Assembly: GCA_018433675.1 (NCBI GenBank)
Contig: JAHDQS010000006.1
Coordinates: 66,425 to 130,424 of the forward strand
From: Clostridia bacterium
Lineage (GTDB): Bacteria; Bacillota; Peptococcia; DRI-13; SM3-B62
Reading direction: 5' to 3'
Length of the DNA: 64,000 nt
Shown here: positions 36,981-46,087 of the stretch, piece by piece
Position numbering within the stretch: position 1 is the stretch's first letter
How the letters are laid out: each line of letters starts with the position of its first letter
Made by a program: the position numbers and the translations under genes
The notes under the pieces: generated by a model
What the model was told of the DNA's origin: nothing
Databases searched by the model: none
The model's input: the letters and a program-made list of their open reading frames with translations, nothing else

Positions 36981-37571
36981 TCACCTTCTTTCCCTCGGCA
37001 GTACTATTATCCGATGGGCAGGAACGCCAAGCATAGCCTGGACTGCCTTCCCTAGATTTTCTTTTACCTCACCATCCCCGGCTCCGTCAGCTACAATTAA
37101 GACCCCTTCAATTCCGGGACTGACCTCCATAAAAACAAGGGGCTCTCCGTCCTTCTGAGCAAAAGCAACCTCTTTTTTACGGCTTTCCTCCGTCACTATT
37201 CTTATTCCTCCGTCACTATCCCTCTCCTCAACAGTAGATTTATCATCAGCGGTATTAAAAACGTATTCCTTTTTCGTGCTTCCCTCTAACCTCACCGCTA
37301 CCGCGACCTTCCCCGCACCCGCAACCTGACTCAGCACTTCACTTACCTCCACATTCAAAATCTCCTCTAAAGCAGTAAGTGAAGTACCGTAAGGATTTGA
37401 TAATATCCCTGCAGTACCTGCCGTGGTTTCCGGTGTTTTTTGGCAGTCCTGCTTATTAGTCCACATTCCGGGAAGCACCATCAAAAGAATTCCCACTGCC
37501 ACTATCCCCACTACACCCCAAATGCCGAACCTACCCTGATAGTTTTTCAAGGCCTGATAAATATCCCGCAT
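36981..37571 (-). CDS. spoIIIAG: Stage III sporulation protein AG
   Basis: 196 aa, N-terminal TM. Position 7 of the operon. Confidence 0.8.
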   Translation of the reverse strand: MRDIYQALKNYQGRFGIWGVVGIVAVGILLMVLPGMWTNKQDCQKTPETTAGTAGILSNPYGTSLTALEEILNVEVSEVLSQVAGAGKVAVAVRLEGSTKKEYVFNTADDKSTVEERDSDGGIRIVTEESRKKEVAFAQKDGEPLVFMEVSPGIEGVLIVADGAGDGEVKENLGKAVQAMLGVPAHRIIVLPRERR

Positions 37572-37595
37572 AATCGCTCCCCTCCTCCCCTCTTG

Positions 37596-38297
37596 TTAGA
37601 ACACCACCTGTATTTGCTCCGTTTTTAACCCAAAGTATCGGCATAAGGCTATGGCAATCTCTTTTTCTATCCTTTTTTCCTCGTTTGCCCCGGCTTTCTT
37701 CCCCTCCTTTGCAGGCTTCTCATCACTATCAACTGTTTGTTCCCGAATATTGTCGACCTTTACGCCGTCAATGCTTATCTTTATCGGTTGGATCTCATTA
37801 ACGGCACTCGCCTTACAAATGACTGTTTCATTCTCTTGTCCCCCGGTCTCCGCTTCGACCACCTTTACCTTTACCACCCCTATGACCGGCACGGTATTGT
37901 CTTTTCCGTTTCCCTGCTCCAGGACAACCTGCACCCCTGCTTCCTTGACCCCCTCAACCGTTTTGGCTAACTCCTCGATTTGCGTCTCAATCCTCATGCG
38001 GTAATTATCCAGCACGAGTTTTTCGTTTAGTACATTTATGCTCTCAGTTTCATCGGAAATATCGTCAAAACCCACCATCTCTTTTTCTTGTTGCCTGACG
38101 AAGGTCTCGCCCCCTTCACTTTTAAAGACAAAACCCATAAGAGGATTTAACACCGCCAGAATGACGAACAATCCTGCAATTGCCTTGACAAAAGAACGTA
38201 AAGCACCGGAAGGCAAAAGCATATCCAAAAAGGTTGTTACAACAATTATTGTCACAACACTCTTCAGCAAATCCCCCACAACCTGCATACCACTCAC
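37596..38297 (-). CDS. spoIIIAF: Stage III sporulation protein AF
   Basis: 233 aa, two N-terminal TM segments. Position 6 of the operon, abutting the spoIIIAE stop. Confidence 0.78.
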   Translation of the reverse strand: MSGMQVVGDLLKSVVTIIVVTTFLDMLLPSGALRSFVKAIAGLFVILAVLNPLMGFVFKSEGGETFVRQQEKEMVGFDDISDETESINVLNEKLVLDNYRMRIETQIEELAKTVEGVKEAGVQVVLEQGNGKDNTVPVIGVVKVKVVEAETGGQENETVICKASAVNEIQPIKISIDGVKVDNIREQTVDSDEKPAKEGKKAGANEEKRIEKEIAIALCRYFGLKTEQIQVVF

Positions 38298-39506
38298 CTA
38301 CCTCAGCATCACAGTAAAGCTTGCCGCTCCCACAATGATGGTAATGGTCAAAAAAAACATAATCGCCACACCCGCCACCGCGGCAAAAGCCAGGAATAAA
38401 CAGCCGGCCAGATCATCCAGCGTATCGGCAATCAAAGTATCACCAAGCGGTTGAAGTACGGCACCTGCCAAACGGTAGATGACAGCAATCGTCAGAATCT
38501 TGATAACAGGAAACAGCACAATCATCCCTAAAACTAAAACGCCGGCAACCCCAAGGGCATTCTTTAAAATCAATGAACCTCCGACTACTGCATCTAAAGC
38601 ATCCGCAAACATACTGCCGGCCACCGGAACAAAAGCTCCCGTCATGTACTTTGCAGTTCGCAAAGTCACGCCATCCACCACCGCTCCTGCCACACCCTGA
38701 ACGCTGATAATACCCGTAAACAACGTCAGAACCAGCCCTATCCCCACCTTCGTCAACTGCTTCACCAGCCCGGCCAGACGGGAAACCTTAAACCTTTCAG
38801 AAATATTATTAGCAACAGCTATCACCACATTCAGATAGATTAAGGGAAATATCACAGTCTGCACAAACATAGCCATAAAGCTTAAAAAAAGCATTAAAAA
38901 AGGCTGCAAGATTGCCGCAGAAGTAATCCCCCCCATAGCTGTCAACAGTACCAGCAGTACGGGTAGCAGTAGTTTCATAAAAGCCACCATTTTATCCACG
39001 GACTGCAAACCTGCCGTAACCGCCACCCGGAATGAACCCAAGGTAATAGTGATTAAAGCGAGCAAACAAACAAAATACGCTAATTTTGCTACGGTCCCCT
39101 CCGCAAATGAATTCTGCAGACTCTGCAAAACAGCACAAACAACGGCAATGACCATTAGCTTTCCAAGCAGTACCAAATTAGCCGTTATCTCGTACAAAAA
39201 ATATCCCGCAATACCTTTCATCACCTCACGAGGTGCAAACAGCTCTTCCCCATTTTTGAAGGCATTGATAATACCCTGTAAAGAAATGTCTGGCAGAAAA
39301 GAACCGGTTTCATCGTCAACCTCCTTGATGAATTCTTCCAACCCTCGCAATTCCAGAGCATCCTGTTGTTTATCCAGGGCATGAAGGACCGAAAACGTAC
39401 TCTTTTCTTCCCTATCCTTCTCATATCCCCAAACAGCACTATGCCCGCCAAAGAGCAGAAAACAAGAGAGCAGCACTACCGTTATCACTTTGCTACGCAT
39501 ACGCAC
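38298..39506 (-). CDS. spoIIIAE: Stage III sporulation protein AE
   Basis: 402 aa, signal sequence plus a polytopic membrane domain. Position 5. Confidence 0.85.
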   Translation of the reverse strand: MRMRSKVITVVLLSCFLLFGGHSAVWGYEKDREEKSTFSVLHALDKQQDALELRGLEEFIKEVDDETGSFLPDISLQGIINAFKNGEELFAPREVMKGIAGYFLYEITANLVLLGKLMVIAVVCAVLQSLQNSFAEGTVAKLAYFVCLLALITITLGSFRVAVTAGLQSVDKMVAFMKLLLPVLLVLLTAMGGITSAAILQPFLMLFLSFMAMFVQTVIFPLIYLNVVIAVANNISERFKVSRLAGLVKQLTKVGIGLVLTLFTGIISVQGVAGAVVDGVTLRTAKYMTGAFVPVAGSMFADALDAVVGGSLILKNALGVAGVLVLGMIVLFPVIKILTIAVIYRLAGAVLQPLGDTLIADTLDDLAGCLFLAFAAVAGVAIMFFLTITIIVGAASFTVMLR

Positions 39507-39511
39507 ACACC

Positions 39512-39898
39512 CTATGGTATTAATCTGAGAATAGACTCGAGCACCGCTACGAAAATAGGCAAGGCGACGACCATTACCAATACCTTGGCCGCAAATTCTA
39601 CCTTTGTCGCCGTTGCTCCTTCTCCCGCATCACGACATACCTGAGCCCCAAACTCGGCAACATAGGAAATCCCAATTATCTTCAGCATCGTTTCCAGATA
39701 GTAGAAATTAACTCCGGCATTGCCGGCCATCTTGCCCAATACCTCAATTACCGCCCCCACCTTTGCGATGGCAAAGGAAAAGATAATTAACCCGGTACAA
39801 AGGCTGACCAGCAAAGCAACTTCCTTGTTTCTTTCCTTAACAAATACAGCTAAAACAGTACCTATCAAGCCAATGCCGACAACCTGGAAAATCTCCAT
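39512..39898 (-). CDS. spoIIIAD: Stage III sporulation protein AD
   Basis: 128 aa, 4 TM. Position 4. Confidence 0.85.
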   Translation of the reverse strand: MEIFQVVGIGLIGTVLAVFVKERNKEVALLVSLCTGLIIFSFAIAKVGAVIEVLGKMAGNAGVNFYYLETMLKIIGISYVAEFGAQVCRDAGEGATATKVEFAAKVLVMVVALPIFVAVLESILRLIP

Positions 39899-39907
39899 TT
39901 CTCACCT

Positions 39908-40105
39908 CTAGGATAAAAAAAATACACTTTTAACCTTGTTTAATAAATCCGCCAACAGTTGGACCACCATGATCAGAGCGATTGAAACACCGGCTAATGT
40001 GGCAATAAAAGCGTATTCTTCCTTTCCCGCCTGTTTTAAAATGGTATGAAAAATTGATGTAAGAATACCGATACCTGCTATCTGAAAAATTAATTCAATA
40101 TTCAT
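39908..40105 (-). CDS. spoIIIAC: Stage III sporulation protein AC
   Basis: 65 aa, 2 TM. Position 3. Confidence 0.85.
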   Translation of the reverse strand: MNIELIFQIAGIGILTSIFHTILKQAGKEEYAFIATLAGVSIALIMVVQLLADLLNKVKSVFFLS

Positions 40106-40126
40106 CTAATCTAACCCCCACTGATT

Positions 40127-40645
40127 CTAAATAAGAACGAGAACGATGATGATTCCCAGACAAAACCCCATATACTGCCACATTTTTGTATTCTTATCCC
40201 TGTTTTCCAGGGCTTTTTTTTCAATAATACGCAACTGTTCCCTGGTCAAGGCTATGTTCTTTAATTGCTCCTCCCTGGCGGAATTCCCTAAACCATGCCC
40301 AAACATGAGCAAAACGCTCATTTCCTCTCTTCGTACAAACGACTCCCCCGCAAGAATAGAAACGGCTTCCTCCCAAGCTTCGCCGGCTGTATAACCCCGG
40401 TTCATTTCCAAAAGAGCAGCGGCCTTGCCAAAAACACTGCCGGTTATTTTATCAAGTTTCTCTCCTGCCCTGCGCAAGGCCACCGGCAACGGTGTCGAAC
40501 TATAGCTTATCTCCGTTTCCAATAAGGAAAAGCCATTTTGCAGATTTCTCAAAACCTCGACCCGACGACTATAAGTGCCTGCCGCCTTCAGTCCGGCATA
40601 ACCGCATCCGCAAATGATGCATAAAGCCCCGGTGCACCTCATCAT
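40127..40645 (-). CDS. spoIIIAB: Stage III sporulation protein AB
   Basis: 172 aa, terminal TM segments. Position 2. Confidence 0.85.
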   Translation of the reverse strand: MMRCTGALCIICGCGYAGLKAAGTYSRRVEVLRNLQNGFSLLETEISYSSTPLPVALRRAGEKLDKITGSVFGKAAALLEMNRGYTAGEAWEEAVSILAGESFVRREEMSVLLMFGHGLGNSAREEQLKNIALTREQLRIIEKKALENRDKNTKMWQYMGFCLGIIIVLVLI

Positions 40646-40646
40646 C

Positions 40647-41609
40647 CTATTTCATCCTTTCCCAATTCCTACCGCCATAAATAGCCTCAACTGTACCCGG
40701 ACCCTTCCCTCTGCTCAAAAGCACCAGCCTCTCAAAGAATTTAAAGGACAGCAGTTCCCCAATCACCGGACGCTCCTTTACCTCCGCAAGGCTCCCGCCA
40801 TGAACGGTAGACAGCACAGACACCCCCGCTTGCAAGGCCTGGTGAAGGGCCTCCACATCTTCCTTTTTCCCTATTTCATCTGTGGCAATCACCGCAGGCG
40901 ACATGGAACGTATCATCATTATCATCCCTTGGGCTTTGGGACAAGCATCCAACACATCGGTTCGCATCCCAATTTCAAATTGCGGCACTCCCCGGTAAAC
41001 CCCGGCCACTTCCGATCGTTCGTCCACAAGGCCTACATTTACTCCGTTAAAACGCAAACTCCCAACCCCATTACTTATTTGTCTGACAATATCCCTTAAA
41101 AGCGTTGTTTTGCCACATTGAGGCGGCGATACCACCAAGGTATGGCAAAACATTCCGTTTTTACCCACCAGATAAGGCATGATACTATCTGCACATCCTA
41201 AGACCTGACGACCGATTCTGTAATTGACACCTGAGATTTCCTTAAGTGTTTTTATCTCCCCCTTCTCCAAAACACCCCTGCCTACAAGCCCGATGCGGTG
41301 ACCACCCGTAATGGTGATGTATCCATTTCTGATTTCCTCCTCCCAGGCATAAAGGGAACCCTGACTTAAAACTTGAACACTTCTTTCAATCAAATCTCTG
41401 CCGACAACGATCCCTTTCTCTAACCTCTCACATACCATCCCGTTTTCATCGAGTGTTACCTCCCTATTTGCCAACCGCAGAACTAACGGGCGTCCCAGCC
41501 TTAAGCGTATTTCCTCGATCTCTGCCAAATGTTTTGACATCCCGCTTTTCATTAAACCCCGCAGTTCGGGAACAAGGTAGTCTTGCCAACTATATGTAAC
41601 CTCTGCCAT
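40647..41609 (-). CDS. spoIIIAA: Stage III sporulation protein AA (secretion-type ATPase)
   Basis: 320 aa. Walker A SPPQCGKTTLLRD and Walker B VIATDEIG. First gene of the operon. Confidence 0.9.
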   Translation of the reverse strand: MAEVTYSWQDYLVPELRGLMKSGMSKHLAEIEEIRLRLGRPLVLRLANREVTLDENGMVCERLEKGIVVGRDLIERSVQVLSQGSLYAWEEEIRNGYITITGGHRIGLVGRGVLEKGEIKTLKEISGVNYRIGRQVLGCADSIMPYLVGKNGMFCHTLVVSPPQCGKTTLLRDIVRQISNGVGSLRFNGVNVGLVDERSEVAGVYRGVPQFEIGMRTDVLDACPKAQGMIMMIRSMSPAVIATDEIGKKEDVEALHQALQAGVSVLSTVHGGSLAEVKERPVIGELLSFKFFERLVLLSRGKGPGTVEAIYGGRNWERMK

Positions 41610-41751
41610 CGAAAGCCCCCTGACATATTACAAACTGGATAGAATACTAATCCCTTGACAATACAATATATTGTCCTAACCCTTTTTTTATGCAAAAAAA
41701 AAAGACAACCCTAACTTAAGTACATATTTTCACATAATACCCTGTTTTCTA

Positions 41752-41781
41752 TTTACAATCCTTTCCCCGAAGTAATATAAT
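41752..41781 (+). promoter_or_regulatory. Candidate sigma-A promoter of the hydrogenase operon
   Basis: TTTACA-N18-TATAAT, about 90 nt upstream of the first gene. Confidence 0.4.
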
Positions 41782-41870
41782 AGCTTTGTATGCATCACAT
41801 TATGCGTATTTTTATAGTGCGCAATAACTAATGTTGAAATATTCCTTAAGAAAGAAAGGTGATAAGCTGC

Positions 41871-42362
41871 ATGAACGAGAAACCGACTAAAGAACAGATC
41901 CTGGGAATAATCGCCAAGTATGGCAAGGCTAAAGAACAGCTTCTCGCTATACTGCTTGATATCCAGGAAGCATCAGGGAGTAACTGCGTAACGGAAGAAT
42001 GGGCTCAGCTTGTGGCAAAAGAGCTTGACCTCCCTCTTTCCAAAGTGTTTGATGTTTTAACCTTTTACGCCATGTTTTCAACTAAACCCCGGGGCAGGTA
42101 TGTGATTGAAATTTGTAACAGTGCCCCCTGCTATTATTCTAATTCCGAGAAAGTGGCCGAAATATTCCAGGAAATGCTGGGTATTAAAATGGGAGAAACG
42201 ACACCCGATGGGCTCTTCACCCTGCTTTACACCTCTTGCATAGGCGCTTGTGATCAAGGACCTGTTGCTAAAATAGGCGATAAAGTCTACGGATTTTTAA
42301 ATAAAGATAAAATCACCGGCATCATAAATGAATATCGGGAGGTCGTGTCATGTCAAAAATAG
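41871..42362 (+). CDS. hydC: NuoE-like [2Fe-2S] thioredoxin-fold subunit of an NAD(H)-linked [FeFe]-hydrogenase
   Basis: Start placed at the ATG at 41871 (AGGTGA RBS, 9 nt) rather than the track GTG at 41859. Cys pattern EICNSAPCYY ... TSCIGACDQGP. Confidence 0.85.
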   Translation: MNEKPTKEQILGIIAKYGKAKEQLLAILLDIQEASGSNCVTEEWAQLVAKELDLPLSKVFDVLTFYAMFSTKPRGRYVIEICNSAPCYYSNSEKVAEIFQEMLGIKMGETTPDGLFTLLYTSCIGACDQGPVAKIGDKVYGFLNKDKITGIINEYREVVSCQK

Positions 42363-43651
42363 TTAAGCTGATATCTGCCAACTGCGGCAAGATACGCCCT
42401 GATTCAGTTGAAGATTACCTTAATTCCGGGGGCTATGCCGCTTTAAAAAAGGCGTTCACTATGGAACCCTTACAAATCATCGAAGAGGTAAAGAAGGCCA
42501 AGCTTTTGGGTCGTGGTGGTGCGGCTTATCCGGCCGGTTCCAAGTGGGAACAGTTATATGAAATAGAAGAATTTCCTAAATATATCGTTTGTAACGCGGA
42601 TGAAGGCGAACCCGGCACCTTTAAGGACAAGCTCCTGATGGAACAGGATCCCTTGCGGGTCATCGAAGGGATGACTATCGCCGGCTATGTCTTCAATTCC
42701 CATGACGGCTATATCTATATCCGTGGCGAATACCGAGGCCTGCAAAAAATCTTCCAAGCGGCTATAGACAACGCCAAAAAAGAAGGCTTCTTGGGCGAAA
42801 ATATACTCAATACCGGCTTCTCCTACAATATCCACATCATGACCGGTGCAGGAGCTTATGTGTGTGGTGAAAACTCCGCTCTTTTAAATTCCATCGAAGG
42901 CAAAGCCGGCCGCCCGAGAATCAAGCCACCCCATCTGGCTGAAGTCGGCCTCTTTTTGATGCCGACCCTTGTCAATAACGTTGAATCCTTTGCCAACATA
43001 CCTACTATCGTCAATGAAGGTGGAGAAAAGTATTTAAGCTACGGTACTGCGGACAGCGGCGGCACCAAGCTTATCTGTCTCTCCGGTCATATCAAAAACC
43101 GCGGCGTTTTTGAAGTACCCTTCGGCGTGACGCTACGGGATATCATTGATGACCCGGAGCTTGGCGGCGGTATGGCAGGAGGGAGAAAACTGAAGTTTTT
43201 CCACCTGGGCGGACAATCGGGACCATGCGGTTCACCGGAACAGCTTGATACCGTATATTGCTGTAGGGCTATGCGTAACGCAGGTTTAAGTGTAGGTTCC
43301 GGAGCCGTCGTCGTTTTAGACGAATCCGTCTGTGTCATCGACTACCTCAAAAAGGTTACAGAGTTCTTTATTCATGAATCCTGCGGTAAATGTGTACCCT
43401 GCCGCGAAGGAAACAAACAGCTTTACCTGATTCTTGATAAGTTATCAAAGGGCGAAGCAACCGAGAATGACCTCGCCTTAATGAAACGCCTGAGCAGGGT
43501 TATGGCCAAGAGTTCATTCTGCGGATTAGGACAAGCAGCCTCTACGGCCCTCGACTCTTGTCTGAAACATTTCAGCTCGGAATTCGAAGCACACCTAAAC
43601 AAACAATGTCCGGCAGGTGTTTGTTTCACTAAAAAGGAAAGTGGTGAATAA
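42350..43651 (+). CDS. hydB: NuoF-like FMN/NAD(H)-binding subunit (core only, 433 aa)
   Basis: GRGGAAYPAGSKW (FMN), CNADEGEPGTFKD (NADH), ESCGKCVPCREG (N3-type 4Fe-4S). No extra N- or C-terminal Cys-rich domains visible. Confidence 0.88.
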   Translation: MSKIVKLISANCGKIRPDSVEDYLNSGGYAALKKAFTMEPLQIIEEVKKAKLLGRGGAAYPAGSKWEQLYEIEEFPKYIVCNADEGEPGTFKDKLLMEQDPLRVIEGMTIAGYVFNSHDGYIYIRGEYRGLQKIFQAAIDNAKKEGFLGENILNTGFSYNIHIMTGAGAYVCGENSALLNSIEGKAGRPRIKPPHLAEVGLFLMPTLVNNVESFANIPTIVNEGGEKYLSYGTADSGGTKLICLSGHIKNRGVFEVPFGVTLRDIIDDPELGGGMAGGRKLKFFHLGGQSGPCGSPEQLDTVYCCRAMRNAGLSVGSGAVVVLDESVCVIDYLKKVTEFFIHESCGKCVPCREGNKQLYLILDKLSKGEATENDLALMKRLSRVMAKSSFCGLGQAASTALDSCLKHFSSEFEAHLNKQCPAGVCFTKKESGE

Positions 43652-43653
43652 AT

Positions 43654-45399
43654 ATGCATCATACATTCGACCCCAATAAAACCATTACTGCAACCATAGA
43701 TGGCCTTACCGTCAGTGTCCCTGAAGGCACCACCATCTTGGAAGCAGCAAAGAAGGCGGGGATAATAATACCCACACTCTGTCACCATCCTGATCTTGGT
43801 GTCAGAGCAGTTTGCAGAATTTGTTTAGTGGCAGTGAAGGGCCAGAGAAGGTTTAAGACCTCCTGTAACACCGTTCTCTGTGACGGTGATGTTGTTAACA
43901 CCAACACCCCGGAAATCAGGGAAGCCAGGAAAACAGTCCTTGAATTAATCCTCTCCAACCACCCTCAGGACTGTCTCAAGTGCGAAAGAAACGGCAACTG
44001 TGAACTTCAGGATTTGGCAAAGCAGTACAACGTCCTGGAAATACCTTTTGCTTCCACCCATCAAGCACTTCCCATTGAAGAAGACAATCCGGCCATCGTC
44101 CGGGATATGAGCAAATGCATCAAATGCGGTCGTTGTGTCGAGTCCTGTCAGGTGGTACAGGAAGTAGCAGCCATCAACACCTCTTGCCGTTCAACAAAAT
44201 ATGGTGTTACCACTGCATTCAACAAACCGCTTTCCGCCTCAACCTGTGTCTACTGCGGTCAATGTATTGCCGTCTGTCCTGTTGGTGCCCTTTACGAAAA
44301 AGACGATACCGAGAAAGTCTGGACAGCCCTTTCCAATCCGGATATGCACGTAGTAGTCCAAACAGCCCCGGCCGTGAGAGTTGCCCTCGGTGAGGAGTTT
44401 GGCCTTGCCCCCGGCAGTATCGAGACCGGAAAAATGGTTGCCGCCCTTCGTCGTCTCGGTTTTGACAAGATCTTCGATACGAACTTCACAGCTGATTTAA
44501 CCATCGTTGAAGAAGGCAATGAGCTCCTAGACCGCATTGAAAACGGTGGGAAGCTTCCTGTGTTGACCTCTTGCAGTCCCGGTTGGATCAATTATATAGA
44601 GCAATTCTATCCCGAGCTGATTCCCCATGTCTCTTCCTGCAAATCACCCCAGCAAATGTTTGGGGCTTTAGCCAAAACATATTATGCGAAAAAGAGTGGT
44701 ATTCCGGCAGAAAAAATCTACGTTGTCTCCTTAATGCCGTGTACCGCTAAAAAATATGAATGCACCCGCCCTGAAATGAGAAGCAGCGGCTATCAAGATG
44801 TTGATACCGTCCTAACCACCCGTGAACTGGGTAAAATGATCAAACTGGCCGGCATCAATTATGAAAAACTGGAAAACGAAGACTACGATGCACCCTTTGG
44901 TATTTCTACCGGAGCAGCTGTAATCTTTGGCGCCTCCGGCGGTGTTATGGAAGCTGCTTTACGTACCGCCCATGAGCTCGTCACAGGAGAAAGCCTAGCC
45001 AATCTGGATTTCATACCGGTCAGAGGCCTTGAAGGAATCAAAGAAGCTGAAGTCGAACTGGCCGGAAAGAAACTTAAAATCGCCGTAGCCAGTAGCCTCA
45101 GTAAGGCCAAAGTATTGATGGAAATGATCAAAAACGGCACCTGCTGTTACCACTTCATTGAAATCATGGCCTGTCCCGGCGGCTGTATCGGCGGCGGAGG
45201 TCAACCTTTCGGCACAACATCTGAGGTTTTGCAAAAGCGTCTTGCAGCCGTTTACGAGATCGACAAGAATTCCGAATTGAGAATGTCTCATAAAAACCCG
45301 GCCATTAATACGCTTTACGAAGAGTTTCTCGGCAAGCCCCTCAGTCATAAGGCCCACGAGTTGCTACACACCAGCTATCAGCAGCAGGACAGAGGATAA
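43654..45399 (+). CDS. hydA: [FeFe]-hydrogenase catalytic subunit (2Fe-2S + 4Fe-4S N-terminal domains + H-cluster domain)
   Basis: 581 aa. N-terminal plant-type and His-ligated cluster motifs, 2x CxxCxxCxxxCP. H-cluster motifs TSCSPGW, MPCTAKKYE and EIMACPGGCIGGGGQP. Confidence 0.92.
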   Translation: MHHTFDPNKTITATIDGLTVSVPEGTTILEAAKKAGIIIPTLCHHPDLGVRAVCRICLVAVKGQRRFKTSCNTVLCDGDVVNTNTPEIREARKTVLELILSNHPQDCLKCERNGNCELQDLAKQYNVLEIPFASTHQALPIEEDNPAIVRDMSKCIKCGRCVESCQVVQEVAAINTSCRSTKYGVTTAFNKPLSASTCVYCGQCIAVCPVGALYEKDDTEKVWTALSNPDMHVVVQTAPAVRVALGEEFGLAPGSIETGKMVAALRRLGFDKIFDTNFTADLTIVEEGNELLDRIENGGKLPVLTSCSPGWINYIEQFYPELIPHVSSCKSPQQMFGALAKTYYAKKSGIPAEKIYVVSLMPCTAKKYECTRPEMRSSGYQDVDTVLTTRELGKMIKLAGINYEKLENEDYDAPFGISTGAAVIFGASGGVMEAALRTAHELVTGESLANLDFIPVRGLEGIKEAEVELAGKKLKIAVASSLSKAKVLMEMIKNGTCCYHFIEIMACPGGCIGGGGQPFGTTSEVLQKRLAAVYEIDKNSELRMSHKNPAINTLYEEFLGKPLSHKAHELLHTSYQQQDRG

Positions 45400-45446
45400 A
45401 GCATATCATATAACATGAGACTATGCCCATGCTGGGCGCACTAAAA

Positions 45447-45483
45447 AGAGCCGCCTTATATCGTAATGATATGAAGCGGCTCT
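45447..45483. terminator. Bidirectional intrinsic terminator between hydA and hicA
   Basis: AGAGCCGC ... GCGGCTCT outer stem, preceded by AAAAA and followed by TTT. The inner stem is imperfect. Confidence 0.6.
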
Positions 45484-45487
45484 TTAA

Positions 45488-45712
45488 TCATAGTAATTTT
45501 TTTAATTCCTCCTGCGTTAATTCTGCATCTTTTAAAATCTTTGACGTTAACCCTATGCCTAATTCTTTGTGAAGGGGCACAGTAACGCTTGATCTTGAAG
45601 GGTGTTTTAACCTAACATGGCTTCCTTTTGTTCTTATTACATTGTATCCTATTTTTTCAAGTACTTTTATCATTTTCCTACCGGAAATAGGCTGAAATAC
45701 CGGAGCCATCAT
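45488..45712 (-). CDS. hicA: HicA-family toxin (mRNA interferase)
   Basis: 74 aa. SGRKMIKVLEKIGYNVIRTKGSHVRLKHP is the classic HicA dsRBD-like motif with the catalytic GSH. 4-nt overlap with the upstream hicB. Confidence 0.88.
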   Translation of the reverse strand: MMAPVFQPISGRKMIKVLEKIGYNVIRTKGSHVRLKHPSRSSVTVPLHKELGIGLTSKILKDAELTQEELKKLL

Positions 45713-45921
45713 ACTACCACTTGACCCAATACTATATTTCGAGTATTTGGTACTTCATCTTCTTTGAGTTCTTCCAGACAAAGCAGAATCACTTCTTTTA
45801 TGTTTTTCATTGCTTCATCCATGGTTTTGCCCTGAGTATAACACCCTTCCAGAATAGGACAAGTAGCAGCAAAATAGCCCATACCGTCATTTTCTATTAT
45901 CACAGGAAATATTCTTTGCAT
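45709..45921 (-). CDS. hicB: HicB-family antitoxin, short form (no DNA-binding domain)
   Basis: Start at MQRIFPVIIENDG (GAGGTGG RBS, 5 nt). YFAATCPILEGCYTQGKTMDEAMKNIKEVI is the HicB/UPF0150 fold motif. Only about 70 aa. Confidence 0.8.
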   Translation of the reverse strand: MQRIFPVIIENDGMGYFAATCPILEGCYTQGKTMDEAMKNIKEVILLCLEELKEDEVPNTRNIVLGQVVV

Positions 45922-46027
45922 AGAAACCACCTCAAGAATATTATATTCCATTTTAGACATTTGTTAATCCTTTTTTTATAAAGCAAAAAACATTTTACCT
46001 CTGAATTTTATAGATATATTATTTATA

Positions 46028-46064
46028 AGAAGGCTCAAAGCTATTCTAACGCTTCGAGCCTTCT
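46028..46064 (-). terminator. Intrinsic terminator after the acidic-protein/efp transcription unit
   Basis: AGAAGGCTC ... GAGCCTTCT 9-bp stem about 25 nt after the stop at 46088. U/A-rich tail on the minus strand. Confidence 0.55.
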
Positions 46065-46087
46065 TGTTTCTTACCCTATCTTATTCC

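Noticed and set aside
37187-37219. 14-nt direct repeat TCCTCCGTCACTAT x2, five nt apart
   Set aside because: It lies inside spoIIIAG coding sequence (DSDGGIRIVTEE). It is a small in-frame coincidence or slippage product, not an array or regulatory repeat.
40614-41099. 161-aa plus-strand ORF
   Set aside because: Antisense to spoIIIAA, His/Pro/Arg-rich. Shadow ORF.
41610-41858. 249-nt divergent intergenic region between spoIIIAA and the hydrogenase operon, examined for a riboswitch, sRNA or sigma-E promoter
   Set aside because: I found only a short 7-bp inverted repeat (GACAATA-N5-TATTGTC) and a plausible sigma-A promoter for the hydrogenase operon. I could not find a convincing sigma-E -10 (CATACA-T) or any conserved riboswitch core by eye.
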